NCBI GenBank assembly: GCA_011364905.1
Contig: RDNZ01000001.1
Location: forward strand, 32,001 to 96,000
Origin: Candidatus Thorarchaeota archaeon
Lineage (GTDB): Archaea; Asgardarchaeota; Thorarchaeia; Thorarchaeales; Thorarchaeaceae
Reading direction: 5' to 3'
Length of the DNA stretch: 64,000 nucleotides
Shown: positions 28,521 to 38,954 of the stretch, in pieces
Numbering within the stretch: position 1 is the first letter of the stretch
Layout of the letters: each line of letters starts with the position of its first letter
Translations under genes and position numbers: made by a program
The notes under the pieces: model-generated
Database searches by the model: none
The model's input: the letters and a program-made list of their open reading frames with translations, nothing else
Told to the model about the DNA's origin: nothing

Positions 28521-31500
28521 TCTTCCATCCCTCCAATCTCTTTTAGCAATGCATCTATTTCAGCCTTAGACAGGTTTCGGGCTTGTTCTATCATGAGATC
28601 AGCCTCTGTTTCTTCAATGCCCATTTTCAATAGACGCTCTTTCAAGTGAAGTAGTTCATCTTCTGAAAGACGCTCCTCAGCAACTTCAGCAGGGACTCCT
28701 TCCTCAGCAACCATCTCAGCTTCCGCAAGTTCTCTCGCCCGACGTGCACGCTCCTGTTTGAGAACCTCATTGATGAATCCAGCTCTCTCACTTGGCCGCA
28801 TCTTGTCAAGGTCTTGACGTAGAGTATCAATGTCATCAGGAGTCAAACCGACAACAGTGGCAAGCTGATCTAGAAGCAGTTCGACATCCATTACTGTGAC
28901 ATCAACTGTTGACAGCGCCACATCTTCCTCTGTCTTCTGGATTCTAATTGGCTTCAAATCATCATTCATCATTGCGAGAAGCATTTGGCGTCTCTGAGGA
29001 ACATCAGCAGGTTTCGGTATTTTGCCTTTTGACAGAGACCCTATCATTCTCCTAATGATTCGTAGCAGCTTTGGCACAGATAACACTCTGAAGTATAGTG
29101 CGCCTAAGGCAGCGAATAATACAAGAAGCATTGTGCCATTTCGGAACCATGCGACAAGTGCCTCTTGCTCAGGTGAGAAGCGAGTATAAACGTCAAGATT
29201 GACCTCTCCATCTGCATAGTTAACCCTGCTTAGAATGATTTTCAAGCTGTAGAGGGCTAACACGGGAGCACGAAATGCGATTGCATATGTTCCATTGTGG
29301 TAGTCGATATCAAGTTCTTCCACATGAACCAAATTTGCTGTTTGCACATTGTTGCTTGATCGGATTGTAATATCAGCATCCGTGATTGGTAAAGAGTGAT
29401 CACTGTCGAGATATGTGACATTTACGAAGAAGACACGACCGACATAGATAAATTCGGGCAAAGCAGAAGATACTAGCTCCGTCGCAATCCTGCGTATTTT
29501 CAAGGAAACATCAATCTCTCCTCTCGAGTAGTTTCCTCGAGATATGAAAATCCTGATTGTATAATTCTCGTCGCGATATTGTAGTGTTTGACCTAGATTC
29601 GCCTCCGTTGGACCGAAGACGTATGATCCGTTATTCAAATTGGTTAATTGAACGGCACCAAACTCCCAATATGCAGTAGCAAGACCGTCAGCTATCCAGT
29701 TTGCATGAAGGTCATCCCAATAACCAAATGTCATCGAGTAATCATCACCTACAGCAAACTCTGCTTCCGTTTTTCCGGTTAGCACGGTCCGAATTGGATT
29801 GACAAGCAGTTTCACCAATCCTGAAGCAAACCGAAAGTTCTCCTTTCGGAAGGAGATGGCTATGTTATGGGGAACAGTTCCTGCCTGAACAAGAGAAGTG
29901 TTAACCGTAAGTGAGTATGTACCATTGCCATAATCGAATAGCGAACCCTTGAACTGCTCTAATGTGTAGTTAGTAATCGCACCCGGTATTCCCTCGTCAG
30001 CATGGATATCATGGAAGACAAGAACAAATGTGACTTCCTCCCCATAATATCCACTAAGAGTGGCGTCAGTCACAATAACAATATCAGTATCGACAACTTC
30101 AACATTCAAAGTGAATTGGATTGATGAAGGCCTATAACCGTCCTTGTCACTCGAGATTATAACAGTCCATTCTTGGACACTAAGATCTGTGGTGTCAATA
30201 AGAGCACTGTAATACCCAGGCGTACCTAATTCGGTTAAATTCCCGACAAGCGGCCCTACACCATATGAGAGACGGGCACCGAGAACAGGTGTGTTTAGAT
30301 CTGTATTATTCAGATAAACAGTGATATTGGCAATATCACGGAAGTTCACAGTAACGACAAAATCTGAAACAGCTACAAGACTAGTGGAAAGCTCAGTGAT
30401 TTCAATTGTAAGTTGCATTGATACACTCTTGTAGTTGTCCGAGCTAGCTTGAATGAGAATCTGATGGGTACCTACAGAGGCTCCTGTAACAATAAAGTCC
30501 ACAACGTATTTTCCATCCGATGCAGACCACGGAATCTGTCCAGAACCTCCAACCCAACTATAGGTGACCTGACCATTCGTAATTGGTGAGCTGTCAGAGT
30601 ATATGAGATAATCCACTTGGAGATGGACACTCAATCCGTTGACGGTCGAAAGAGGATTGATCGATCCGGCAATTTTTGATGCAATCTTGCCAATTCGAAT
30701 TTGGAAATCTCTTTGCCTGCTCTCATAATTGAGGAGGACGGATCTCACTGTGACTGTGTGTTCACCAGCGACTATCTGCCAAGATTGCACGGTAACATTG
30801 TATATACCAGATCCAATATGAGTCATGTCGACTGTTATAGTTGAAATAGTCAGATTGACATATGCGCCAACAATGGGAGCTCCAGTTCTAGCATCTGTAA
30901 CATTGGCTTGGAAATTAATAGAGTCGCCCCAGGAGGGACTAGTAGGATTAAAGTCTAGCTCAATCTGAACTGGTACAGCTGAAAGGAGAATATCCGCGAG
31001 AATTGTATGATTTTGGTGCAAATACTTTGAGGCACTTACTGAGAATGAATACAAACCAGCATCCATTCCAGATGTTTGAATCGTCATTTCATAGACGCCG
31101 GTGTCAATTTCATGAATTGTTGCTATTGTTGGGTAAGTAGCGTTCCAATCACTCAAAACCGTCGCGCCTGGAATACCAACTCCAAATTCAATTGCAGTGT
31201 AGGTGATGTTGGCGTGGATTACATCTCCCAAGTAGTATGTTACACCTTGAGGCAGGGTGAAGCTAAGAGTCGTTGATACAGAATTAACAACCGCTGAAAA
31301 GCTTAGATTTGTTACATTTGTGTAATATGGAGAACCATACCAAGTCATATTGGCTGTGAAGAAATACCTGCCCAAACCAGACAATGTTGTGGTGTCTACC
31401 AGAATCTGATAAGTGCCATCACCATTGTCAATGATCCAATGCGTGAAACTTGTGGAATTTGCTGACTCTAATGAAACATCTGCCCCGGGGATTCCATTCC

Positions 31501-34500
31501 CGGTGAGATAGTCCTTGAAGTCAAGCAAGGCGCTGATATTGAAAAAGTAATACGCTGGTGGAGTTGATAGGACTGAGGCTTGAGTATACCGAGTGGAAAT
31601 TGTGACTTGAGTGGTTGTCGTGGAATTCTCATAATATGGCGTCATGTCGCCCCAGTGGAATTGAATAGTAATTGGGTACGCATCTTCTAGCTCTGAGGAT
31701 AGAAGTGTAGAATTGAAGGATATCAAATAGAATCCATCTTGTCCAGTGAGTGTATACTGAGAGTCGAGGATTACTGTGCCTCCTCCATGTGTGATGGTAA
31801 GAACAGATTTTGTCAGAGATATTCTAGTGCTATTCACATCATCCATAACGCTAATCTGGAATTCTACATTGCTCAGGAACGGAGTCGTTAAAGGCGAACG
31901 GGTCACCGACAGCGTTGCGTATCGTCTCACCACATCTATTTGGACATTCGTTATCCTACTCTGATAATATGGTGCGCCTGTTTTGCTTGCTGAGATTGCA
32001 ATGGTATATTCACCAAAGTTTCCTAAGGCAAGTGTTGAAATCCTGATGCGATAGTCGCCACCTGTTAGTGAATCAACCCAGTAGTTGACTCCGAGCTGAA
32101 GTGTAGCGTTGGAACAGGTCGCAGTAATGGTTGCGCCATCTATACCCGCGAGTGTGCTATCGTCAAAATAGGACACAAACACTTCAGCTTCCTCCAAGTA
32201 GACTGCAAGAGAGGGGACTTCGCTAGTTAGTTGAGTCCTTCTTTGGATAAGCGTTAGATAGAAGAAGTCAGTGGCATCAAAACAGAAGTTTGTGCCTGTG
32301 TAAGACATCGATGCATTGACCGTATAGGTTGCCAGTGATGGAAATGCGCTTGTATCAAGAGTCACTGTGAAAGTGCCATCTCCATTGTTTACAACGTTAT
32401 AGTATCCTAGTAGAGACGCATCTAGTGTCAAGCTTCCAGTGTTCAACAAGGACTGATCGTCAAGGTCTCTGTAAGTAAAGACGATAACCAAATCATTACC
32501 ATATTGAATTGAGGTGTATGGTCCATGTTCAAGATTCGTGTATCTACTCCGCACGGTCAGTGATATCGGAATGCTGGTTCGGTTCTGGTAGAATGGGGTA
32601 CCAGTCCACATCACATCGAGATGAAGTGTGAAGGTTCCAACGTTGCTCCACCATGTTGTATCAAGCTCCAATACATACTCTTGACTACCCGGTAGATAGA
32701 TAGCGCTAAGAACAAGTCCGGTCTCCTGAACCTGATAATTCAATTGAGGATCATCGGAAATCGGCAGGCCTGTTAGAACATCGATGTAGGAGAAAGTCAG
32801 ATTGACATTATCTCCATATGGAGTGGTTGGGAGAGGTTCCCATAGAATGCTTGTTTGCCTGTATCTGGTATTCACTGCTACGGTCAGTGATCTGTTTTCG
32901 TAGAGCGGAAGCTGTCCAGATGTCCAATTTGCAGAGATTCGAATCTCACATGTAATGATACCGCTAAGATAATTTGTATCGAAGGTTATTTGATATTCTC
33001 CATTACCTAGTTCGGAGATCACCATCAGGTCTTGGGTTAATGTCTGACCTGGTGTAAGGACTTCAATATAGAAGTGCACATTCAAGGGATAGTCTCCAGT
33101 ACTATTGGTTATCCCAGTACTGTTACTAATGTCCCAATATACAACCGAGAAGGTGACATTTTCCCCATAAGGAGTGGCAACTGGATTCGTTCCTATGTAC
33201 AAATCAGATGGACTTCCAGCGATTCTTGCGCTTACCTGCAGCACTTTGTTATCGTGCGCTGGTTGTGGACCAGTCCAATTTGCATAGAGTGTTATATCCT
33301 TCCTGCCAATCGACCCCCATTGATCAGCTCTTATTCTAACTATGTACTGACCAGCTATTGAACCATTTACAACTGTATACTCAAGTGACGGTACACCCAC
33401 GGCTTCAGCATAAATCAAGACATTGCTGCTGACAATTCCTTGTGATGTTGTAATGTCATAATACATCACGTAAATCGTAATTTGACCAGTGTAAGGCGTT
33501 GGTTCGATGGGATTATCTAAGGAGAAAGAAGTCAAATGAGTGATTATATCAATACCAATGCTGAAGGTATGGTTCTGGTAGGCAAAGCGGTTAACATCGA
33601 AGACCACGGAGTAGTCCTGAATAGGATCAGATTCAGCTGAGTAAAACGTTATGCTGTATTCACCTGGTGCACTGGCTGCCACAATGTAACTTGACCAGTT
33701 GCATGAGATGGAACTCTCTGCACCCGATATCGGAAGATCGTGATCAGTATCCCAGTATGTCAGTGTAATGGTTTCTTCATAACCAACTGGGAGAGATATG
33801 CCGCTCTGGGAAACTGAAACTGAAGTGAAGATCTGTCGCACTTCAACAAATAGAAGAACCTGAGAAGTAGTGTAGTAATTCTGCTCTGCTGTGACGACAA
33901 CCGCATAGGTGCCCAAGTTGGAATTTCCTGTAGTAATCGTAAGAGTGTAGTTACCAGGTGCTCCAGCTACTGGATTGACGGTGTAGGATGAATCTGTCCA
34001 ATTACATGTTAGAACTGCACCACCAATACCCGCGTCTTCCGAGTCTGCGTAGAAGAGTTCGAGAACTGCATTGTCTCCTCGGGGCACTTGTACCCCAGGA
34101 GCACTACTGGATTGTAATGTTGTTTCTTCAACGACATTTATCACAAAATACGTTTGGAGTGAATCGTAGTACTGCTTACTCCATGAAATGCCTATCACAT
34201 ATCGACCAGGGAGTCCCAAATCTGCTGTGTTGACAACAACACTGTACTCACCAGTACCCATATCATTCAGGATGCGTGTTCCAGTAGTCCAGTTGTATGT
34301 TGCAGAACCTCCTGGAAGGAGAAGACCATTATTGGAGTCATTTACACCAATCTGAAGAAGCATATCTTGACCATAGGTGAGATTTCGTTCCCAGGAAGTA
34401 ACAGATTGCCTGGGATAGGCAATATACATGTCAGATCCATGTTCAATTGTAAACGACCGTGAATACAAACCGATGTTCTCAACGGGACTACCTGAAACAG

Positions 34501-36211
34501 AATCATTCACGAATGCTTGTACCGACCATTGCCCTACTTCAGCTGTGAAGGCATCAAGATTCAAGTCGGTCGTTTCAGCAATCCCTGAAGACACCGTTGC
34601 TGCCACTGTGTCCCATAGGTTGCCCATTGTGTCATAGACGTTGAATGTAACAGTCGCACCGTTGTAAACGGTATCAAGATAGGCTTGGAAGCGAACATTG
34701 TCATTAGCCCGATACGTGTTTGTAGTGACCCAACTGGCACCACTTGACATTCTCAAGTCTTGAATTATGTTCGCTGAATGCCCTGTTATTTTCCAGAATC
34801 CATTCTGATAGGTCCCGACAACTCCATCATAAACTGAAATGTTCAAGCTTGTTGCAGTGGTGGACCAATATGGGAAATTGACGGATGGGAATCGAGGTTC
34901 TGATACAGTATCAATAACCAGAGTATCAGATTTACTTGCATTGAAGTAGAATAACTGGGAATAACCGTTTGGGACAGCAACGTAATAATATGTAATCCAG
35001 TTTACTTGGCTGGCATTACTGGTCGTGAAGTGAGTGCCCAGACTCTGAACATCAGCTTCATAGAGTGAGGACTGGTCAACTTTTCTTGCATATACCGTCA
35101 TGTCGACAGAAAAAGTGACACGAATATCATCATTAGGGTTGGGATTTACTGGAGTCGGAGTCCAGCTGAATGTTGCATTCACTGCACTTCCACTCCATGG
35201 GATAGCTGCAGATTCCTGAACTGTGCCTAAACTCCATGTAGCGCCATTGGACACGGGAATGCCATTCATTTCCAAGTTTACTTGACTTGGTTGCACTCGA
35301 GTCTTTATGAAGATTCTAACATTGTCCATCCTCACCTCTGGGTAGAGCTGAGGATTGCTTCCGAATGATCTTGTAGTCCTCATTCCAATTTGCAGAATGA
35401 AGTTGGATGATGTGATGAGTGAAGGGTCAGCCTCGATTAAGCCTGTGGAGTACCAAGTTGTTTGTGCAAGAACATCACTGAACTGCATGTCCCACAGATG
35501 GTTTGATACATTATCATTGTGGCCAATTTGAGCGTATAGCTCCCAAAAACCAATGGGCAGACCGCCCCAATTATCATCAACCCAGTAATCAAGTGAAACG
35601 CCAACCCATGTGACTTCACCACGATTGGTATTGATTGTTTGCTCCGCATACTGTCTATCGCCAAGGTCATGGCGGTAGTAGCCTCCATCCAACACACCGT
35701 CCATCTGAAAGCTGACATACCCACCAGTTATTGTAGAAGACATAGGATTTGTGTGAGTTGGCAAATCATCATAGCCAGTTGTCCAGTCCGCTGCTGAACC
35801 AAAACCGGGGTTGGTAAGATAGGTTCGATTCTCCTGAAGGTCACTCACACTGATGGATGTGTCAGTACCTTCCCAAAGAGGACCGAGAGGAACAGAAACA
35901 GTCTGAGTTGTGGTAGTATTTGTAGGATAATAAGCAAGGTCCAGGTTTGAGTGGTGATCCGTCCTTTGCCCATATTCCGACACTACCATAGGAGACCCTT
36001 CGCCTGAAACTGTTGTTGGGACCTCAGAAAGAGAATAAGAATTCAGGACCTCATCTGGCCCAACTTCAACGGTCTGACCATTGCCTAGATCTACCTGTTT
36101 TGCTCCAGGCGCAGAGGAAGTTGGGGTGGCATTATGAGTCATAGGGGCTCCAAGACTCACAAGTAGAGACGCCATCACGAGAAATAGAAACAGGGTCCTT
36201 TTGACTTTCAT
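28517..36211 (-). CDS. Giant (2564 aa) single-pass cell-surface protein A, paralogue of 20841-28520
   Basis: Co-linear with its neighbour from head to tail; ATGA stop/start overlap at 28517-28520. Confidence 0.88.
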   Translation of the reverse strand: MKVKRTLFLFLVMASLLVSLGAPMTHNATPTSSAPGAKQVDLGNGQTVEVGPDEVLNSYSLSEVPTTVSGEGSPMVVSEYGQRTDHHSNLDLAYYPTNTTTTQTVSVPLGPLWEGTDTSISVSDLQENRTYLTNPGFGSAADWTTGYDDLPTHTNPMSSTITGGYVSFQMDGVLDGGYYRHDLGDRQYAEQTINTNRGEVTWVGVSLDYWVDDNWGGLPIGFWELYAQIGHNDNVSNHLWDMQFSDVLAQTTWYSTGLIEADPSLITSSNFILQIGMRTTRSFGSNPQLYPEVRMDNVRIFIKTRVQPSQVNLEMNGIPVSNGATWSLGTVQESAAIPWSGSAVNATFSWTPTPVNPNPNDDIRVTFSVDMTVYARKVDQSSLYEADVQSLGTHFTTSNASQVNWITYYYVAVPNGYSQLFYFNASKSDTLVIDTVSEPRFPSVNFPYWSTTATSLNISVYDGVVGTYQNGFWKITGHSANIIQDLRMSSGASWVTTNTYRANDNVRFQAYLDTVYNGATVTFNVYDTMGNLWDTVAATVSSGIAETTDLNLDAFTAEVGQWSVQAFVNDSVSGSPVENIGLYSRSFTIEHGSDMYIAYPRQSVTSWERNLTYGQDMLLQIGVNDSNNGLLLPGGSATYNWTTGTRILNDMGTGEYSVVVNTADLGLPGRYVIGISWSKQYYDSLQTYFVINVVEETTLQSSSAPGVQVPRGDNAVLELFYADSEDAGIGGAVLTCNWTDSSYTVNPVAGAPGNYTLTITTGNSNLGTYAVVVTAEQNYYTTSQVLLFVEVRQIFTSVSVSQSGISLPVGYEETITLTYWDTDHDLPISGAESSISCNWSSYIVAASAPGEYSITFYSAESDPIQDYSVVFDVNRFAYQNHTFSIGIDIITHLTSFSLDNPIEPTPYTGQITIYVMYYDITTSQGIVSSNVLIYAEAVGVPSLEYTVVNGSIAGQYIVRIRADQWGSIGRKDITLYANWTGPQPAHDNKVLQVSARIAGSPSDLYIGTNPVATPYGENVTFSVVYWDISNSTGITNSTGDYPLNVHFYIEVLTPGQTLTQDLMVISELGNGEYQITFDTNYLSGIITCEIRISANWTSGQLPLYENRSLTVAVNTRYRQTSILWEPLPTTPYGDNVNLTFSYIDVLTGLPISDDPQLNYQVQETGLVLSAIYLPGSQEYVLELDTTWWSNVGTFTLHLDVMWTGTPFYQNRTSIPISLTVRSRYTNLEHGPYTSIQYGNDLVIVFTYRDLDDQSLLNTGSLTLDASLLGYYNVVNNGDGTFTVTLDTSAFPSLATYTVNASMSYTGTNFCFDATDFFYLTLIQRRTQLTSEVPSLAVYLEEAEVFVSYFDDSTLAGIDGATITATCSNATLQLGVNYWVDSLTGGDYRIRISTLALGNFGEYTIAISASKTGAPYYQSRITNVQIDVVRRYATLSVTRSPLTTPFLSNVEFQISVMDDVNSTRISLTKSVLTITHGGGTVILDSQYTLTGQDGFYLISFNSTLLSSELEDAYPITIQFHWGDMTPYYENSTTTTQVTISTRYTQASVLSTPPAYYFFNISALLDFKDYLTGNGIPGADVSLESANSTSFTHWIIDNGDGTYQILVDTTTLSGLGRYFFTANMTWYGSPYYTNVTNLSFSAVVNSVSTTLSFTLPQGVTYYLGDVIHANITYTAIEFGVGIPGATVLSDWNATYPTIATIHEIDTGVYEMTIQTSGMDAGLYSFSVSASKYLHQNHTILADILLSAVPVQIELDFNPTSPSWGDSINFQANVTDARTGAPIVGAYVNLTISTITVDMTHIGSGIYNVTVQSWQIVAGEHTVTVRSVLLNYESRQRDFQIRIGKIASKIAGSINPLSTVNGLSVHLQVDYLIYSDSSPITNGQVTYSWVGGSGQIPWSASDGKYVVDFIVTGASVGTHQILIQASSDNYKSVSMQLTIEITELSTSLVAVSDFVVTVNFRDIANITVYLNNTDLNTPVLGARLSYGVGPLVGNLTELGTPGYYSALIDTTDLSVQEWTVIISSDKDGYRPSSIQFTLNVEVVDTDIVIVTDATLSGYYGEEVTFVLVFHDIHADEGIPGAITNYTLEQFKGSLFDYGNGTYSLTVNTSLVQAGTVPHNIAISFRKENFRFASGLVKLLVNPIRTVLTGKTEAEFAVGDDYSMTFGYWDDLHANWIADGLATAYWEFGAVQLTNLNNGSYVFGPTEANLGQTLQYRDENYTIRIFISRGNYSRGEIDVSLKIRRIATELVSSALPEFIYVGRVFFVNVTYLDSDHSLPITDADITIRSSNNVQTANLVHVEELDIDYHNGTYAIAFRAPVLALYSLKIILSRVNYADGEVNLDVYTRFSPEQEALVAWFRNGTMLLVLFAALGALYFRVLSVPKLLRIIRRMIGSLSKGKIPKPADVPQRRQMLLAMMNDDLKPIRIQKTEEDVALSTVDVTVMDVELLLDQLATVVGLTPDDIDTLRQDLDKMRPSERAGFINEVLKQERARRARELAEAEMVAEEGVPAEVAEERLSEDELLHLKERLLKMGIEETEADLMIEQARNLSKAEIDALLKEIGGMEE

Positions 36212-36312
36212 ATTGAGGCCTCCTCACTAGGCACGAATACTACCAAATCGACTGGCTGATTGACTAATGATTTACCTCTATATGAATAGATGCGTTATAG
36301 TGTGAGTCATAG

Positions 36313-36334
36313 AAATCGAAAGGATTGTCGATTT
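36313..36334. promoter_or_regulatory. Inverted repeat upstream of the giant-protein operon (possible operator)
   Basis: aaatcga-N8-tcgattt, overlapping a ttttcgaaaa palindrome, ~100 bp upstream of the start at 36211. Confidence 0.3.
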
Positions 36335-36449
36335 TTCGAAAACAAGTAAGATATGCCTATGACTTGTTTCAGATTCTCAATATTCAATAAGAATTCATGT
36401 CAAGGCAACAACTTCAGCCAAATGAGCCATTTTCTGAAACTAAATACGA

Positions 36450-38630
36450 TTATTCTCTCTTTCGAATTACAATGACACCGACTATTACAATAACGGCTGC
36501 AATACTTCCTGCAACGATTATCGGTGTCAGAATATACGGAGGTGTATTTGTGGTAGTGCTAGTTGGTGTTGATGAAGCCGCACTAAGATGTGTCAAAACT
36601 CCTCCTTCTGCTCTATTCATCCCCCAATCCCAAGCAACCACCCATATAGTAAGATTTGAGGTGTGCTCCAAGAAGGGAACTGACACTGACCAATTATATC
36701 CGTTATAAGCCATTGGAAAGCTACGAACAACACCATCATCTACCTGAACATAGAGTGTGACATTCTCCAATCCTGCAAGATTTTCGCTAATCATCGCCCA
36801 GTAGGTGAAAGGGCCAGTCCAAAAGTCGCTTGGATTAGTACCTCGACCATATATCGACGGAGGTATGTCATCAATTGACGAAAACATCATTCTTCGAGTC
36901 CAATCTCGAGCTTTTACCAAAGCACTGTATGCTGAATGCCAGTCCATTTCATTGTAGGAATTTCTTGCAGATTCAAATGAAGCAAGAGCAGCAGATTCCG
37001 CGGCATAGGTTACGCCTCTCTCATCGGATCGAAGATTGGATTGCTCCTCAAGAAAGTTTGACCATAGAAGAGCTTCCATCTGGTCCAAATAGGTCCCCTG
37101 AACCCAGTTCTTCTCAAAAGTGGAGGTACCGTTGTGTTCAGCAAAGTATCCCATAGGTCCGTAATAGAAGTCACTTGAATAGTGCTCATGTTGCCAAGAG
37201 TGCGCAAATCCGATTGCATGCATGGTCTCATGAAGTTGAGTGGCTGATATTCCATCCTTGGGAGTCACACCATCCGGGCGATAATAACGTTCCCAAGATT
37301 TCCAGATGACTGTCTGTCCTCCTCCACCCAGTCCGGTGTACGCTCTTCCATAGACATGCATTTCCATTTGCTTCTTTATGAAGACAACTCCAAACACATT
37401 GATGTTGTCGTCATTAACCACATATGCGGGTCTCATTCCACTGTAGATAGCATTAAACATGGACCCACCATCAACAATTGTTGTTCCATCTAAGTTATCT
37501 GCGGCGTATGTCCAGAACAGGCTGTTCCAAGAAGGTTCTTCATCGATGTCTAGATATTGGACATCAACCTCCCATTGAATGAAGGGATAGAGTTCCTCAA
37601 GATGCGCCTTTTGCATCTCAGCGTTGGTCACCCATTCGAGGCTATTGACAGAGGTCCCATCAGCTACATCCATGCAAAACACCAGCACCTTCAGTCTACC
37701 AACATCAACATACTTTGCAGGCTGATGCTGATATGGGAAAAGTAGTTGGCTGATAGGGTCCCAGATGCACTCTCTCAAGTAAACATTGAGTGCATCTACA
37801 TCTGCAGGTATGTCTAAGTTGAGAGATCCCACTTTGTCCTCTAAATCTTGAGTCCAGAAATCGTAAGACGTATTGATTTCTTCGCTCCACCAAACCTTGC
37901 ACCATTTCAAGTACCACTGATGAGCACTAGGGTCCACTACATACAGATTATAGCGTCCACCGAAGAACGGATAGTCCATCGTGACATTCGGATTCAGAGC
38001 GTTGTCCCACTCCAATCTAAACCAGTCTTGATTCTGTCCCGTATCAGGATCAAGGGGGTGGTAGTTGTACCAATGTTCCAGACTGTGATCCGCGCTGTCA
38101 AACTCCGAGAAATTAACAAGATAAAGAGTGTACCCAAGATCAGGCGGACTCGTGTATGGATTCTCTTCTAGCCAATCCTCCACTGCATAGCCATCAATGG
38201 CACGACCTGCTCGAGGATAGAATATTCGTTGTGGTTCGTCGAGGTTGTCCTTCTGATATAGTAGTGCGCTCTCATCAAGGCCTGTCCCTGTTTCGCTTCC
38301 ATTTATGGAATTGTCAAGCATGACTTGGCGAAGTTCGTCGTTGTATGCAGCATCTGCATAGACGATTTGATACTCGATATTATAGGTGATTTGAGCTGCT
38401 TCTGTAGAAAAGTTCCTGATTGTTGGTAAATCCTGTAATAGTAACGGTTCATCAATTAGAGAAGGATCATAACCCACTACGATGATATTAGCTGTCCAGT
38501 TTCTCTCAATTGGTTGAGGCCCCTGACTAAGAGTAGCTTGCTTTACTGGCTGTCTGTGATTATCTTGCACACCAAAAGGAGTGGCAATCACAAGCACTAA
38601 AGCAATACCTAGGACAAGAGCACGACGCAT
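36450..38630 (-). CDS. Membrane-anchored metzincin-like zinc metalloprotease
   Basis: Signal peptide (MRRALVLG), HETMHAIGFAH = HExxHxxGxxH, downstream PMGY Met-turn, Ig-like domain, S/T linker, C-terminal TM. Confidence 0.8.
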   Translation of the reverse strand: MRRALVLGIALVLVIATPFGVQDNHRQPVKQATLSQGPQPIERNWTANIIVVGYDPSLIDEPLLLQDLPTIRNFSTEAAQITYNIEYQIVYADAAYNDELRQVMLDNSINGSETGTGLDESALLYQKDNLDEPQRIFYPRAGRAIDGYAVEDWLEENPYTSPPDLGYTLYLVNFSEFDSADHSLEHWYNYHPLDPDTGQNQDWFRLEWDNALNPNVTMDYPFFGGRYNLYVVDPSAHQWYLKWCKVWWSEEINTSYDFWTQDLEDKVGSLNLDIPADVDALNVYLRECIWDPISQLLFPYQHQPAKYVDVGRLKVLVFCMDVADGTSVNSLEWVTNAEMQKAHLEELYPFIQWEVDVQYLDIDEEPSWNSLFWTYAADNLDGTTIVDGGSMFNAIYSGMRPAYVVNDDNINVFGVVFIKKQMEMHVYGRAYTGLGGGGQTVIWKSWERYYRPDGVTPKDGISATQLHETMHAIGFAHSWQHEHYSSDFYYGPMGYFAEHNGTSTFEKNWVQGTYLDQMEALLWSNFLEEQSNLRSDERGVTYAAESAALASFESARNSYNEMDWHSAYSALVKARDWTRRMMFSSIDDIPPSIYGRGTNPSDFWTGPFTYWAMISENLAGLENVTLYVQVDDGVVRSFPMAYNGYNWSVSVPFLEHTSNLTIWVVAWDWGMNRAEGGVLTHLSAASSTPTSTTTNTPPYILTPIIVAGSIAAVIVIVGVIVIRKRE

Positions 38631-38754
38631 AGTGTTCCCTGCCTTCTTCACCATATTAACAAACTGGTTCATGTAACCGCAACCAAACCACATTTGGCGC
38701 TTAATGAATATATACGCACATATTATATTAGGAAATATGATACTATTATCCTCG

Positions 38755-38867
38755 TGCGCCGGTATCGTAATACTACATCGGTTATCCTCGATATACCCAC
38801 TCGGGTAGTCGCGCTCGTTTCCGCAGGCTAGCGCAAAGATGCATCGATCCCCAAATCGGCCGGCGCA
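38755..38867 (+). ncRNA. Candidate structured small RNA with tRNA-like acceptor stem
   Basis: 8-bp terminal stem tgcgccgg/ccggcgca with internal hairpins; TATA-like ttatatta ~30 nt upstream; T7 tract at 38888-38894. Strand not certain. Confidence 0.55.
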
Positions 38868-38954
38868 TTCTCCTCACCCATCTCTGCTTTTTTTGTCTTT
38901 CAGGTACTCTTAAATCGAAGATAAAATCCCTCGACTTTGCCTGGAGATACCTAG

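Noticed and set aside
38755-38867. Canonical tRNA, 5S rRNA, or hammerhead/HDV ribozyme call
   Set aside because: No GTTC T-loop or 7-nt anticodon loop. Lacks the 5S CCGAAC/GAAGUUAAG motifs and long helix IV/V arm. No CUGANGA core. TCCTCG is present but has no matching P1.
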